Of a stretch of 40,000 nucleotides of DNA, positions 1 to 9,777 are shown piece by piece (within the stretch, counting starts at the first letter, position 1; each line of letters starts with the position of its first letter). The DNA comes from an uncultured Synergistaceae bacterium. Its GTDB lineage: Bacteria > Synergistota > Synergistia > Synergistales > Aminiphilaceae. The notes beneath the pieces were generated by a model. It saw only the letters and a program-made list of their open reading frames with translations, made no database searches and was not told the origin of the DNA. The stretch lies in NCBI GenBank assembly GCA_964545875.1, contig CAZJHH010000008.1:74840-114839 (forward strand). Reading direction: 5' to 3'. Made by a program: the position numbers and the translations under genes.

Positions 1-138
1 TGAGAAATCATGCCTCTTTTCCCGGCGATTCCATGGGGAATCTGGAGCCTCTCGTATAGGAGTTGGAAATATGGAAACACGGCAATTCCTCCGGCATGCG
101 AGGGAAATCTTGAAGAGACAAAGGCGGTGGCGTGATCG

Positions 139-1029
139 ATGAAAGAAGTTCGTATCTACCAGGTGGATGCATTTACGGAAGAGCCCTTCGGCGGCAATCC
201 CGCAGGGGTGGTATTGGAGGCGGATTCTCTGAAAGACGAGGAGATGCTGCATATTGCCCGGGAGATGAATCTGAGCGAAACCGCCTTCGTCACTCCTTCG
301 GACAAGGCGGATTTCCGGGTGCGTTTTTTTACGCCCACGGGAGAGGTGGACCTCTGCGGGCACGCCACGGTGGCCACCTTTCATGCCCTTTCCGAAAAGG
401 GATTTCTCTCTTCGGAAGGTTCCGTCTTTACCCAGGAAACCCGGGCGGGGGTGCTCGAGGTGACCCGCTCCTTCCGGGATGGACGCCCTCTCTTTACCAT
501 GACCCAGGCCCGTCCCCGGTATCGGGAAATGGGAGATCTGGCGGGAGAAATAGCGGAGATTCTGAACCTGAAAATGGAGGATCTCATGGAAGCGGCTCCC
601 CTCAAGGTTTCCACCGGCCTCTGGTGGCTCGTGGCGGGAGTGCGGCGTCTGGAGACGGTGCGCAACCTGGCCCCTGCCATGGAAAACCTCCGGGCTTTCA
701 GCGAACGATACGGTGTGGTGGGGGTGGTCCCTCTCTGCCTGGAGACCCTGAATTCCGAAAGATCCTTTCACATGAGGGCCTTTGCCCCTCTGGTGGGCAT
801 TGCGGAAGATCCCGTTTGCGGAACCTGCAACGGCTGTGCCGGGGCTTTTCTGGCCTATCACGATCTTCTCCCCGGGGGAGACCTGGTGGAGCTGCAAAGC
901 GAGGCGGGATTCGAGGTGGGCCGTCCGGGAAGAGTAACGGTTACGGTTCGGAGAAACCAGGGAGAAGTCGTGCGTATCGAAGTGGGAGGATCCGGAGTGA
1001 CCGTGCTTGAAGGAATTATGCGATTCTAA
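139..1029 (+). CDS. PhzF-family (phenazine-biosynthesis-like) isomerase, DapF-like fold
   Basis: 296-aa ORF. The N-terminus MKEVRIYQVDAFTEEPFGGNPAGVV, the LSETAF motif and the late DPVCGT motif are typical of the PhzF/YddE family. The overlapping +1 and antisense ORFs look like GC artefacts. Confidence 0.85.
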   Translation: MKEVRIYQVDAFTEEPFGGNPAGVVLEADSLKDEEMLHIAREMNLSETAFVTPSDKADFRVRFFTPTGEVDLCGHATVATFHALSEKGFLSSEGSVFTQETRAGVLEVTRSFRDGRPLFTMTQARPRYREMGDLAGEIAEILNLKMEDLMEAAPLKVSTGLWWLVAGVRRLETVRNLAPAMENLRAFSERYGVVGVVPLCLETLNSERSFHMRAFAPLVGIAEDPVCGTCNGCAGAFLAYHDLLPGGDLVELQSEAGFEVGRPGRVTVTVRRNQGEVVRIEVGGSGVTVLEGIMRF

Positions 1030-1051
1030 AGGGGCGAAGGGAGAGAGGTTC

Positions 1052-1747
1052 ATGAAGACTATCGGTTTTATCGGAGGGCTTTGCTGGGAGTCGAGTGTTC
1101 TCTACTACGAAAAAACCAACCGCCTGGTTCGGGAAAAACTCGGAGGGGTGCACTCCGCGGAGTGTGTCATGACTTCCGTGGATTTTACCCCCGTGGCGGA
1201 GGCGCTCCGATCCGGGGAGATGGAAATATTTCGTAGCATCGTGGTGAACTCCGCAAAGAAGCTCCAGCGGGGAGGGGTGGATTTTCTCGTCATATGCTCC
1301 AACACCGCCCATGCCTTTGCGGAGGATGTTCGGCAATGTACGGAATTGCCCCTGCTGCACATCGCGGATGCCATAGGAGAGACGGCGAAGGAGAAGGGGT
1401 ACGAAACTCTGGGCCTTTTGGGAACCAAAACCCTCATGGAATCGGACTACTATCGGGAGCGCCTGGAAAAAAACTGGCATCGCACTGTGCTCATTCCCCA
1501 GGAGAAGGAGCGCCGGGAGGTGGACCGGATCATCGTGGACGAACTCTGCGCGGGGAAGGTTCTGGATTCCTCTAGAGAAACCTATCTGGAGATCATGAAA
1601 AACCTCGAAAGCCGGGGAGCCCAGGCTATTGTTCTCGGCTGTACGGAAATTCCCATTCTTATCCGGCCGGAGCACACCACTCTTCCTCTGCTGGATTCTC
1701 TGGAGCTTCACGTTCAAAAAATCGTTTCCCTGGCCCTGGAAGACTGA
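1052..1747 (+). CDS. Aspartate/glutamate racemase family protein
   Basis: ATG at 1052 follows a GGGAGAGAGG SD. MKTIGFIGGL..., ICSNTAH and LGCTEIP carry the two conserved Cys motifs of Asp/Glu/hydantoin racemases. The longer 1007 start overlaps the upstream gene and lacks an SD. Confidence 0.8.
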   Translation: MKTIGFIGGLCWESSVLYYEKTNRLVREKLGGVHSAECVMTSVDFTPVAEALRSGEMEIFRSIVVNSAKKLQRGGVDFLVICSNTAHAFAEDVRQCTELPLLHIADAIGETAKEKGYETLGLLGTKTLMESDYYRERLEKNWHRTVLIPQEKERREVDRIIVDELCAGKVLDSSRETYLEIMKNLESRGAQAIVLGCTEIPILIRPEHTTLPLLDSLELHVQKIVSLALED

Positions 1748-1817
1748 AGAAGGCGACGTTCGGCAAAAAGCGCCTGTACTCGCGGAACATCGTTTATGAC
1801 GAAGGAGGTTATCCCTC

Positions 1818-3356
1818 ATGTCTTTGAGCCCTTATCTGGGTAGTTCCATTACCAACACGCATCTGCGGCAGCCGGAGCACGTAACGGATATCTCCGGCAT
1901 GTGTGCGGTTTGTACCGCCAACTGTCTCGGCCCCTGTGAAATCGGGCTTTCCGCCGTGCGGGGGGCGGAGGCTATCATGCCCTATCTGGCGGATGTAAAT
2001 CAGTTCGCCTCGGAAAAGCGCTATCCCCTGGATTTCTCCCACTTCAACATCAACGGTCGGGTCTTCGGAGCCTGGGGGGCTTCGGAGGATCCCTATGAGG
2101 CCACCTTTCCCAAGGCGGATACCGCATCATCCTTCGGAAAAATCCAGAAGGTTTCCACCGCGGCTCCCTACATTTTGCCCGCCATGGCGAAGCTTGCCTG
2201 GAGAGAGTACTTCGGGGGAGCCGCTCTCTTCGGGGTTCCCGTGGTCATCGGGGAGGATGTGATAGCAAAAGATCCCGGGCTCGTCATGAAGGGCCACCGA
2301 GTGTCGGAGGCTCCTCTGATTGCGGAAATGGTGGAGGCCTTTCGCCGGTATTACCGAGGCCTGGGAGACGTGGTGCTCCAGGCGAACTTCGACGACGAAT
2401 ATCACGGAGTGCTGGAGTATGCCATGGAAAAACTTGGCATCACTTCGGTGGAACTCAAGTTCGGTCAGGCCGCCAAGGGTATCCAGGGCATGGGGTTGGT
2501 GCCGAAGATCGAGGATGCCCTCCGCTTCAAGAAGATGGGGTACGTGGTTCTGCCGGATCCGGAAGATCCCGTCGTGGCGGAGGCCTATGCCCGGGGAGAG
2601 GGGCAAATCTTCGAAAAGATCGGCAAGCTTCCCTTCTGGACGCCCGAAGAGCTGGTAAAGCGGGTGGCGGAGCTCCGTAACCTGGGAGCGGAGCGGATAT
2701 GCTTTAAAACCGGTCCCTTCGATCCCCGGGATATCGCGGTAATTCTCGAAGTTGCCTCCGAAGCCGGGGTGGACCTGGTAACTCTGGACGGAGCTGGAGG
2801 GGGTACGGGACACAGCCCTGCGAAAATGATGAACGAATGGGGTATCCCCACGGTGATTCTCGAAACGCTCACCTGCCGTATTCTGGAGAAGATGGAAAAG
2901 GCGGGCAAATCTCTGCCTCCCATCGCCATGGCGGGGGGCTTTGCCACGGAGGACCAGGTTTACAAGGGGCTTGCTCTTGGAGCCCCCTACGTGAAAACCA
3001 TCGCCCTGGGCCGGGGAGCCATGGGGGCCGCTTCGGTGGGAAAGCAGGTGGGAGAAGCTCTGAAAAAAGGAGCGGTTCCCAAGGAGTACGCCCGGTTTGG
3101 GAGCAGCGTGGAAGAAGTTTTTGCGGATTTTCGGATTATCAGGGGGTTCTACGGAGACGAGGCTCACTCAATTCCCACGGGAGCCCTGGGAGTTTTCTCC
3201 TATCTCCGCAGGGTGACCGTAGGATTGCAGCACTTCATGGCGCTGAACCGAAAATTCTCTCTTTCCCGCATCCAGCGGGAGGACGTGGTACCTCTTACGG
3301 GATATGCCGCCAAAACCACGGGGCTTGCCACCTACCAGGAGCTTCTGGAACGATAG
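1818..3356 (+). CDS. Glutamate synthase-related FMN-binding protein (GltB domain-2-like) with N-terminal Cys cluster
   Basis: 512-aa ORF with a GGAGG SD upstream. DGAGGGTGHSP...EWGIPT is the hallmark of the GltS FMN domain. The N-terminal CAVCTANCLGPCEIG cluster (C-x2-C-x3-C-x3-C) suggests an Fe-S site. Confidence 0.8.
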   Translation: MSLSPYLGSSITNTHLRQPEHVTDISGMCAVCTANCLGPCEIGLSAVRGAEAIMPYLADVNQFASEKRYPLDFSHFNINGRVFGAWGASEDPYEATFPKADTASSFGKIQKVSTAAPYILPAMAKLAWREYFGGAALFGVPVVIGEDVIAKDPGLVMKGHRVSEAPLIAEMVEAFRRYYRGLGDVVLQANFDDEYHGVLEYAMEKLGITSVELKFGQAAKGIQGMGLVPKIEDALRFKKMGYVVLPDPEDPVVAEAYARGEGQIFEKIGKLPFWTPEELVKRVAELRNLGAERICFKTGPFDPRDIAVILEVASEAGVDLVTLDGAGGGTGHSPAKMMNEWGIPTVILETLTCRILEKMEKAGKSLPPIAMAGGFATEDQVYKGLALGAPYVKTIALGRGAMGAASVGKQVGEALKKGAVPKEYARFGSSVEEVFADFRIIRGFYGDEAHSIPTGALGVFSYLRRVTVGLQHFMALNRKFSLSRIQREDVVPLTGYAAKTTGLATYQELLER

Positions 3357-3388
3357 AACGACAAAAAATCCATGGACAGGGTCGCTCA

Positions 3389-3430
3389 ACACGAGAAATC
3401 CTCCGGTTGTATCGGGGGATTTCTCGTGTT
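3389..3430. terminator. Strong inverted repeat between convergent genes (possible bidirectional terminator)
   Basis: AACACGAGAAATCC ... GGATTTCTCGTGTT forms a roughly 13-bp perfect stem between the glutamate-synthase-like gene (+) and the lrp-like gene (-). No clean U-tract follows, so function is uncertain. Confidence 0.4.
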
Positions 3431-3526
3431 GTATTGCCGGAAAAGAGAACATGGGAGAGAGAAGAGAAAGCCTTGGAGGAATTTTTCCTGAGATTGTTTG
3501 GGGGTACGGGAATCGGGGTGGTATGG

Positions 3527-3973
3527 TTAGAGCCTGGGGCCTCCTCGTTTGCTTTTATAGCGTTTGAGAAGCGTATTGGTTCGCACCGAGAGAATGCCCT
3601 CCTGGGCGTATACCGTTTGGAGAACGAACTCCTCCAGGGCCTTCATGTTCTCCAGAAGTGCGTGCATGTGGAGAGTGCTCGCCCCCGTCATGAGGTAGAG
3701 GCTCTCCACCCTCTCATCCGTGCTGAGAGCTTTGGCCACCTTGTCGAGAAACAGGGGTTCCACATCGATTTCCATGAAAACCGAAACTTTTTTGCCCACC
3801 GCTCCGGGGTTCATGATAATGGTGAACTCTTCGATGATCCCTTCCTGGCGGAGCTTGTCCACCCGCTCCTTGATGCTTGCCCGGGTAAGGTCGAAAAGAC
3901 GTCCCAGGGCGGCATAGCTTATGCGGCTGTCCTTTTGGAGTTGTGCAAGTATTTCTTGATCAATATGGTCCAT
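3527..3973 (-). CDS. Lrp/AsnC family transcriptional regulator
   Basis: 148 aa. The sequence MDHIDQEILAQLQKDSRISYAALGRLFDLTRASIKERVDKLRQEGII is a classic AsnC-type HTH followed by an RAM-like C-terminal domain. Confidence 0.85.
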   Translation of the reverse strand: MDHIDQEILAQLQKDSRISYAALGRLFDLTRASIKERVDKLRQEGIIEEFTIIMNPGAVGKKVSVFMEIDVEPLFLDKVAKALSTDERVESLYLMTGASTLHMHALLENMKALEEFVLQTVYAQEGILSVRTNTLLKRYKSKRGGPRL

Positions 3974-4014
3974 GTGGCATCACCTTCCGGGATCGGATAC
4001 ATGTATTTTTAGAT

Positions 4015-4536
4015 TCAGAAAAAGAGCACTCCCAAAGCGCCTCCTGCGACGATAGCTATGGCGGGATGCACCCCCGTAAAAAGAAGGATGCCGAAGGTGA
4101 GAGCTCCGAGCAGGGCCGTGGCGGGAGAGATTACCGCCTTGGGAAACATTTCCCATACCACGAGGGCGAGAAGGGCCAGAATGACAGGACGTATGCCCTT
4201 GAGCATTCCCTGTACTCTGGGATGGTCTCCGAAATTCGCAAAGGCCAGAAAGAGGAGCATCATCATGAACACGCTCGGAAGAACCACCGCGAGAACCGCC
4301 ACCACCGCTCCGGGAATGCCCAGAACCCGGTATCCCACCACGGCGGACATTTTCGTGACGATGGGGCCCGGCAGGGAATATCCCATGGCCAGGGCATCCA
4401 TGAAATCCGTAAGAGACATCCATTGCCACGTATCCACCACCTCCGCCTGCATGAGCGGAATCATGGAAGGGCCTCCTCCGTAGGCGAGACATCCTATTTT
4501 GGTGAAGGAAAGAAACAGACGCACGAGCAACGACAT
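4015..4536 (-). CDS. chrA: Chromate transporter (CHR) family protein, short single-domain form
   Basis: 173 aa and very hydrophobic. FTKIGCLAYGGGPSMIPLMQAEVV is the CHR-family signature. Confidence 0.75.
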   Translation of the reverse strand: MSLLVRLFLSFTKIGCLAYGGGPSMIPLMQAEVVDTWQWMSLTDFMDALAMGYSLPGPIVTKMSAVVGYRVLGIPGAVVAVLAVVLPSVFMMMLLFLAFANFGDHPRVQGMLKGIRPVILALLALVVWEMFPKAVISPATALLGALTFGILLFTGVHPAIAIVAGGALGVLFF

Positions 4537-4915
4537 GAGTGTACGCCTCCTTGTGTGGTTTTGCCGCGCATTTCATGCCCAAACTCCCTCAATCGATCGT
4601 AAGGGGCTGACAATTCGTATGTATTCCGTTGTTCGGAAACGTCAAAACTTTAGGCCGAAAAAAGCACTGCCAATTATACGAATGGAATTTCGAGAGGAAG
4701 TATATCATAGACGGAGAATGAATGCATCTGCTCTCCTTCTGGAATTGGCATGGTATTACGGTTTTTCGGTTCAGATTCCCGGGAAAGGGCTTCCTCGAAA
4801 TTTTGTGGGTTCACGGACGAGAATGGCTTTACATTTCTTCGATGAAAAGTGTACAATTATTTAGTATTGTCAGGAAGAACTCTATTCCAGTATCACTGCC
4901 GGAAAGGAGACGCCC

Positions 4916-6430
4916 ATGAATCAGAAGGAAAGCGAACTGGTTCAGATCGCCGGTATTTGCAAAGACTTTTCCACCGTAAGGGTGCTTCACAACGTATCCT
5001 TCGCGGTCCGCTCCGGAGAAATTCTGGGCATTATCGGGGAAAACGGAGCCGGCAAGTCCACCCTGATGAAGATCTTGAGCGGTATCTACCAGCCTACTTC
5101 CGGGGAAATTTTCCTGGAGGGCAGGAAGGTGGATATCCGGAACCCCCTTGATGCGAAAAAACTGGGCATCAGCATCATCCCCCAGGAGTTCAACCTCGTG
5201 AACGATCTCACGGTGTACGATAACGTTTTTCTGGGGTCGGAGCTGCGTACAAAGAGGGGGTTTCTCGATAAGAAAACCATGAAAAAAAGAACCGCCGAGC
5301 TTCTGGAGGAGCTGGGAGTTTCCATCTCTCCCGAGGAGAGGATCGAAAACCTGAGCGCCGCGGAAAAACAGATGGTGGAGATCTGCAAGGCCCTGGCCTT
5401 CAAGTGCCGGATTCTCATTATGGATGAACCCACATCGGTGCTCACGCTGCATGAAATTGCCATCCTCTTTCGGCTGATGCGCCGGCTGAGAGCGGAGGGA
5501 ATGACCATTATCTACATCTCCCACAAACTGAAGGAGATCAAGGAGATATGCCATAGGGTTCTTGTTCTGCGGGACGGATATTTCGTGCTGGATAAACCCG
5601 TTTCGGAGGTCTCTCCCGAGGAGATGGCCCAGAGCATGGTGGGACGGGAGCTTTCCCAGATCTTTCCGAAAAAGGGTTCTCCTGAAGGGGTTCCCTTGCT
5701 GGAGGTTCGCCATCTTTCGGTACCCGGAGTGCTCAAGGATGTCAGCTTTACCCTGAAAAAGGGGGAGATCCTCGGTTTCGGGGGCCTTGTGGGGGCGGGA
5801 CGAACCGAAGTGGCGGAGACCCTTATAGGCCTGCGCTCCTTCTCCGAGGGGGAGATCCTTCTCAAAGGGCGCCCGCTGGAGATCCGAACTCCCCGGGATG
5901 CGGTACAGGCGGGGATAAGCTATCTCTCCGAGGATCGCCAGGGGAGCGGCATCCTCACGTCTTTCAGCGTGGTTCACAATACCACCCTCACCTCCCTGCC
6001 CCGGTATTCTTCTTCCCGAGTTCAATGGATCGACAAGAAAGAGGAGCTTGCGGCGGCTCAGCGTTACCGGGAGCTTTTCAATCTGAAAACGCCGTCTCTC
6101 GCTACTCCCCTGGAGTTTTTGAGCGGCGGCAACCAGCAGAAGGTATCCCTTTCGAAAAGTATCGACACGGAGCCGGTGGTGCTCATAGCGGACGAGCCCA
6201 CCCGGGGAGTGGACATCGCGGCCAAGCAGGAGGTCTACTCCTTCATCGGCCAGATTGTGGAGAGGGGCATTTCCTGCATCCTCATCTCTTCGGAGATGGA
6301 GGAGCTTATCGGTATGTGCCACCGGGTGGTGGTGATGCAGGATGGTCGCATTACGGGAATTCTTGAGGGAGAGCAGATCTGTGAGGAAGAAATAATGTTT
6401 TGCGCCACGGGTATAAGGGAGGGAGCCTGA
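4916..6430 (+). CDS. Sugar ABC transporter ATP-binding protein (tandem ATPase, RbsA/MglA type)
   Basis: 504 aa with two NBDs. Walker A GENGAGKST is present, with signature motifs LSAAEKQ and LSGGNQQK and Walker B ILIMDEPT and LIADEPT. Confidence 0.9.
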   Translation: MNQKESELVQIAGICKDFSTVRVLHNVSFAVRSGEILGIIGENGAGKSTLMKILSGIYQPTSGEIFLEGRKVDIRNPLDAKKLGISIIPQEFNLVNDLTVYDNVFLGSELRTKRGFLDKKTMKKRTAELLEELGVSISPEERIENLSAAEKQMVEICKALAFKCRILIMDEPTSVLTLHEIAILFRLMRRLRAEGMTIIYISHKLKEIKEICHRVLVLRDGYFVLDKPVSEVSPEEMAQSMVGRELSQIFPKKGSPEGVPLLEVRHLSVPGVLKDVSFTLKKGEILGFGGLVGAGRTEVAETLIGLRSFSEGEILLKGRPLEIRTPRDAVQAGISYLSEDRQGSGILTSFSVVHNTTLTSLPRYSSSRVQWIDKKEELAAAQRYRELFNLKTPSLATPLEFLSGGNQQKVSLSKSIDTEPVVLIADEPTRGVDIAAKQEVYSFIGQIVERGISCILISSEMEELIGMCHRVVVMQDGRITGILEGEQICEEEIMFCATGIREGA

Positions 6431-7399
6431 TTGAAATCTTTCGTCGAACTGCTGCGTAAACTGCCTTTGCGAAAGCATGCGTCACTGATCGCCCTGATCT
6501 TTCTGATCGTGCTTTCCTCGTTTCTGAGCCCCTATTTTCTGAAGCCCCGTAACCTCATCAACATCATGCGGCAGGTTTCCTATACGGGAATCATCAGTTT
6601 GGGAATGACCTTCGTCATCATCTCCGCGGGAATAGATCTTTCCGTGGGGTCCGTGGTGGCCTTTACCGGGGCCGTGGTGATCATCGCCATGAACAGCCTT
6701 CTTACGGTGCTTCCCAGCGAGCTTATGGTGCTTCTGGCGGGAATTCTTACGGGAATCGTGGTGGGAGGCTGTGCGGGGGCCTTTAACGGCCTCATGATCA
6801 CCCGGGGAAAGATAGCTCCCTTCATCGTCACGCTGGGTTCCATGGCTATTTTCCGTTCTCTTACGCTCTATATCGGCAATGCCGGAGAGATTCAGTCCAA
6901 AAACGCCCTGTACGGAAAGTTCGGCATGGAATCCCTCTTCGGCGTTCCCGTGCCGGTTTTCGTCCTTCTGGGGCTCGCCCTGGCACTGCATCTGGTGCTC
7001 AATAACACCCGGTACGGTCGTTATCTCTGCGCGGTGGGATCGAACCAGAAAGTGGCCCTTTTCTCGGCCATCAACGTGGATCGGGTGAAATTTTACGCCT
7101 ACACCCTCACGGGAATGCTCGTGGGAGTCTCCGCAGTGCTTCTGGGATCCCGGTTCAATGCGGTAAGCACCTCCAACATGGGGCTTGCCTTCGAGCTGGA
7201 TGCCATTGCGGCGGTCATTATCGGAGGCACCGCCATGGCGGGAGGACGGGGTACCATTTGGGGCACCGTGTGGGGAGCGCTTATTCTCGGCATCATCAAC
7301 AACATGATGAACATGGTGGGGGTCTCACCCTACCTTCAGGGCACCGTGAAGGGATTGGTCATCATCATTGCGGTGTATGTGCAGAAACAGAAGCAGTAA
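6431..7399 (+). CDS. Sugar ABC transporter permease (RbsC/BPD_transp_2 type)
   Basis: 322 aa, polytopic. A TTG start lies directly after the ATPase stop. The IDLSVGS motif is typical of ribose-type permeases. Confidence 0.85.
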   Translation: MKSFVELLRKLPLRKHASLIALIFLIVLSSFLSPYFLKPRNLINIMRQVSYTGIISLGMTFVIISAGIDLSVGSVVAFTGAVVIIAMNSLLTVLPSELMVLLAGILTGIVVGGCAGAFNGLMITRGKIAPFIVTLGSMAIFRSLTLYIGNAGEIQSKNALYGKFGMESLFGVPVPVFVLLGLALALHLVLNNTRYGRYLCAVGSNQKVALFSAINVDRVKFYAYTLTGMLVGVSAVLLGSRFNAVSTSNMGLAFELDAIAAVIIGGTAMAGGRGTIWGTVWGALILGIINNMMNMVGVSPYLQGTVKGLVIIIAVYVQKQKQ

Positions 7400-7445
7400 G
7401 GGGATCCATGAGAACGAGCCATAAAAACCGGGGGGAGGGTTTTCG

Positions 7446-8522
7446 GTGACGGAAAAAAGCACGTATTCCGGGGAGAATTTCCAAAAAGGGGAGATCGGAC
7501 GCCCCAAGGTCATTGTCGCTCCGTATCCCAAAAAGCTTCACGTCATCTTTTCCGAAAAGGCCCTGAATGCTTTGAAGGATCTGGTGGATCTCCGTTATCT
7601 CGGAGATCGGGAGGTGGAGAAGGAAGATCTGAATGCCGTGGTCGGCGAGGATGTGGTGGCGGTAATCGGCCAGGTATCCCTTTCGGAAAGAGAACTGGCG
7701 AAAATGCCGAATCTGCGGTGCATCTTCAACGTGGAGGGCAATTTCTACCAGAACATAGATTATTTCGCCTGCTTTCGGAACCATATCCATGTACTGAACT
7801 GCGGGAGCGCCTACGCTCTTCCCGTGGCGGAGATGGCCCTGGGCATGGCCTTGGATCTCGCCCGGGGAATAAGCCGGGAGGATCGCCGGTTTCGTCAGAG
7901 GCAGGAGGGCTTTCTCTCCGACAGCTGTGGGGATTCGGTGCTCCTTTCGGGCTCCGAGGTGGGCATTATCGGGTTCGGCAATTTGGGGAAGGCCCTGGCA
8001 AAATTGCTCCAGCCCTTTCACTGTTCCCTGAGGGTCTATGACCCCTGGCTGCCCGAAAGCGTTTTGAGGGAGTACGGCTGTACGGGGATCTCTTTGGAAG
8101 AGCTTTTGGAAAAGAGCCGGTTTATCTTCGTTATGGCGGGGGTTACCGAAGAAAATCAGGGCTTTTTGAGCCGAAAGCTCCTGGAGCGTATCCGAAAGGA
8201 TGCGTTCTTTCTGCTCATGAGCCGGGCGGCGGTGGTGGATTTTGACGCTCTCTGCGATCTTACCGAGGCGGGGCGCTTTACCGCCGCCACGGATGTCTTT
8301 CCCGAAGAGCCTCTGCCAAAGGATCACCGAGCCCGGAGAAACGAACATCTGCTTCTCTCGGCCCATCGGGCGGGGGGCATTCCCCAGGCGTATACCGCCA
8401 TAGGGGACATGGTGCTGGATGATTTGAGACTTATTCTTCAGGGACTTCCTCCGGTGCGGATGCAAAGGGCGGAACCCGAAACGGTGCGGCGCTTCGCGAG
8501 CAAACCCGCAAAAGGAGTTTGA
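7446..8522 (+). CDS. D-isomer-specific 2-hydroxyacid dehydrogenase family, NAD-binding
   Basis: GTG start with a GGGAGGG SD. The Rossmann motif GIIGFGNLGKALAKLL is present, and the C-terminal part contains the HRAG region typical of the family. Confidence 0.8.
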   Translation: MTEKSTYSGENFQKGEIGRPKVIVAPYPKKLHVIFSEKALNALKDLVDLRYLGDREVEKEDLNAVVGEDVVAVIGQVSLSERELAKMPNLRCIFNVEGNFYQNIDYFACFRNHIHVLNCGSAYALPVAEMALGMALDLARGISREDRRFRQRQEGFLSDSCGDSVLLSGSEVGIIGFGNLGKALAKLLQPFHCSLRVYDPWLPESVLREYGCTGISLEELLEKSRFIFVMAGVTEENQGFLSRKLLERIRKDAFFLLMSRAAVVDFDALCDLTEAGRFTAATDVFPEEPLPKDHRARRNEHLLLSAHRAGGIPQAYTAIGDMVLDDLRLILQGLPPVRMQRAEPETVRRFASKPAKGV

Positions 8523-8676
8523 TCCCGTACATGAAACGGTAGAGCGTAGAGAAAATTCCCGTCCAAGGGGGTGATGCCGTCGAAAAGTGTTTCTATCCGC
8601 TCCGATAATGGAAGCGGACCATGGCGGAGCAGTGAAAGAGGTACGAATTTTTATCTTGAAGGAGGTCTCGTCGGAA

Positions 8677-9663
8677 ATGAAAAAGCTTATCGTATGCACC
8701 CTGGTATGTGTTCTTCTTGCTCTGACCCTTTGCGGGGTCGCTCCGGGGGAATCCAAAAATTATACGGGAAAGATCGGCATCTCCCTTCCCACAGCTACTC
8801 ACGGATACATGGGAAGGGTCAACTGGTGGGTCAAAAAGGCCGTAAGCGACTGGCAGGCGAAATGCCCGGATCTGGAATTCCTGGTGGTTACCGCAGATAG
8901 CGTCACCAAGCAGGCTGCGGATATCGAAGATCTCATGATCAAGGAAATTGACGCCCTGGTCTGCTTCCCCTTCGATTCTTCCCTCACCGCGGTTATCGAG
9001 AAGGCCTACGACAGCGGCATCTATACGGTGGTGCTCGACCGGGGAACCACGAGACCCGTCTATCACGTATATATCAGCAACGATGACGAGGGCTACACCC
9101 GGGAAGGAACCAAGTGGATCGCGGAGCAGCTCGGAGGAAAGGGCAAACTCGTCATCATCGAAGGCATTCCCAGTGTGATCAACACTATCCGGGTGGATAC
9201 CATCAAGGAGACCGCCGCCAAATACGGCCTGGAGGTTCTCGATTCGCAGCCGGGTATGTGGAACCCCGAAAAGGCTCTGGCGGTAATGGAGAACTATCTG
9301 CAAAAGTACCCTCACATCGATGCTGTCTACACTGCGGATGACGACATGCTCAAGGGAGCTCTCCAGGCTTACAAGGAGTCCGGAAGAGACGACATCAAGA
9401 TTTTCCTGGGTGGTGCGGCGGACAAGGAAATTCTCAAGATGATCATGGAAGGATCCAATCCTCTGGTGCAGGCCAACGTAACCTATCCTCCCGACTGTAT
9501 CGCCACCGCCATCAGCCTGGCGATTCTCGGGCATAACGAGCAGGTTCTGGAAGGGTTCTACCAGAAAAAGCTTCCTATCCGCATTATCCTCGCGGCAGAG
9601 CTGATCACCAAGGAAAACGCCGAGCAGTACTACATGGCGGACGAACTGAACTTCGACATGTAG
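8677..9663 (+). CDS. Sugar ABC transporter periplasmic substrate-binding protein (PBP type I)
   Basis: ATG at 8677 follows a GGAGG SD. The signal peptide is MKKLIVCTLVCVLLALTLCG, and the fold is RbsB-like (GISLPTATHGY..., VVLDRG). The 8587 start lacks support. Confidence 0.85.
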   Translation: MKKLIVCTLVCVLLALTLCGVAPGESKNYTGKIGISLPTATHGYMGRVNWWVKKAVSDWQAKCPDLEFLVVTADSVTKQAADIEDLMIKEIDALVCFPFDSSLTAVIEKAYDSGIYTVVLDRGTTRPVYHVYISNDDEGYTREGTKWIAEQLGGKGKLVIIEGIPSVINTIRVDTIKETAAKYGLEVLDSQPGMWNPEKALAVMENYLQKYPHIDAVYTADDDMLKGALQAYKESGRDDIKIFLGGAADKEILKMIMEGSNPLVQANVTYPPDCIATAISLAILGHNEQVLEGFYQKKLPIRIILAAELITKENAEQYYMADELNFDM

Positions 9664-9692
9664 GAATTTTGGACGAAGTAGCTCGGGAACGG

Positions 9693-9728
9693 AAAAAAGC
9701 TGCTGACAGTTTCGTCAGCAGCTTTTTT
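9693..9728 (+). terminator. Rho-independent terminator after the binding-protein gene
   Basis: AAAAAAGCTGCTGAC-loop-GTCAGCAGCTTTTTT forms a 9-bp GC-rich stem flanked by an A-tract and a T-tract, so it may act bidirectionally. Confidence 0.7.
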
Positions 9729-9777
9729 AACCGGTACGAAGCAGTGACCGTCTAGTTTGTGCAAAGGAGATGTGTTC

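Noticed and set aside
132-1010. 292-aa plus-strand ORF overlapping the PhzF-family gene in another frame.
   Set aside because: The translation is Gly/Arg/Pro-rich nonsense, while the 139-1029 frame carries the PhzF motifs.
2837-4012. 391-aa plus-strand ORF spanning the end of the glutamate-synthase-like gene, the intergenic hairpin and the antisense strand of the lrp-like gene.
   Set aside because: It crosses a terminator-like hairpin and overlaps two well-supported genes. It has no motifs.
4829-6478. 549-aa minus-strand ORF. Similar long antisense ORFs occur at 1016-1819, 2127-3167, 7365-8756, 8593-9534, 9727-10920, 10739-11623, 20797-22161, 24813-25877 and 38279-39346.
   Set aside because: Each lies exactly antisense to a plus-strand gene with clear family motifs (ABC ATPase, dehydrogenase, binding proteins and others). 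Their translations are R/G/P/H-rich and of low complexity with no recognisable motifs, which is typical of shadow ORFs in GC-rich coding DNA.
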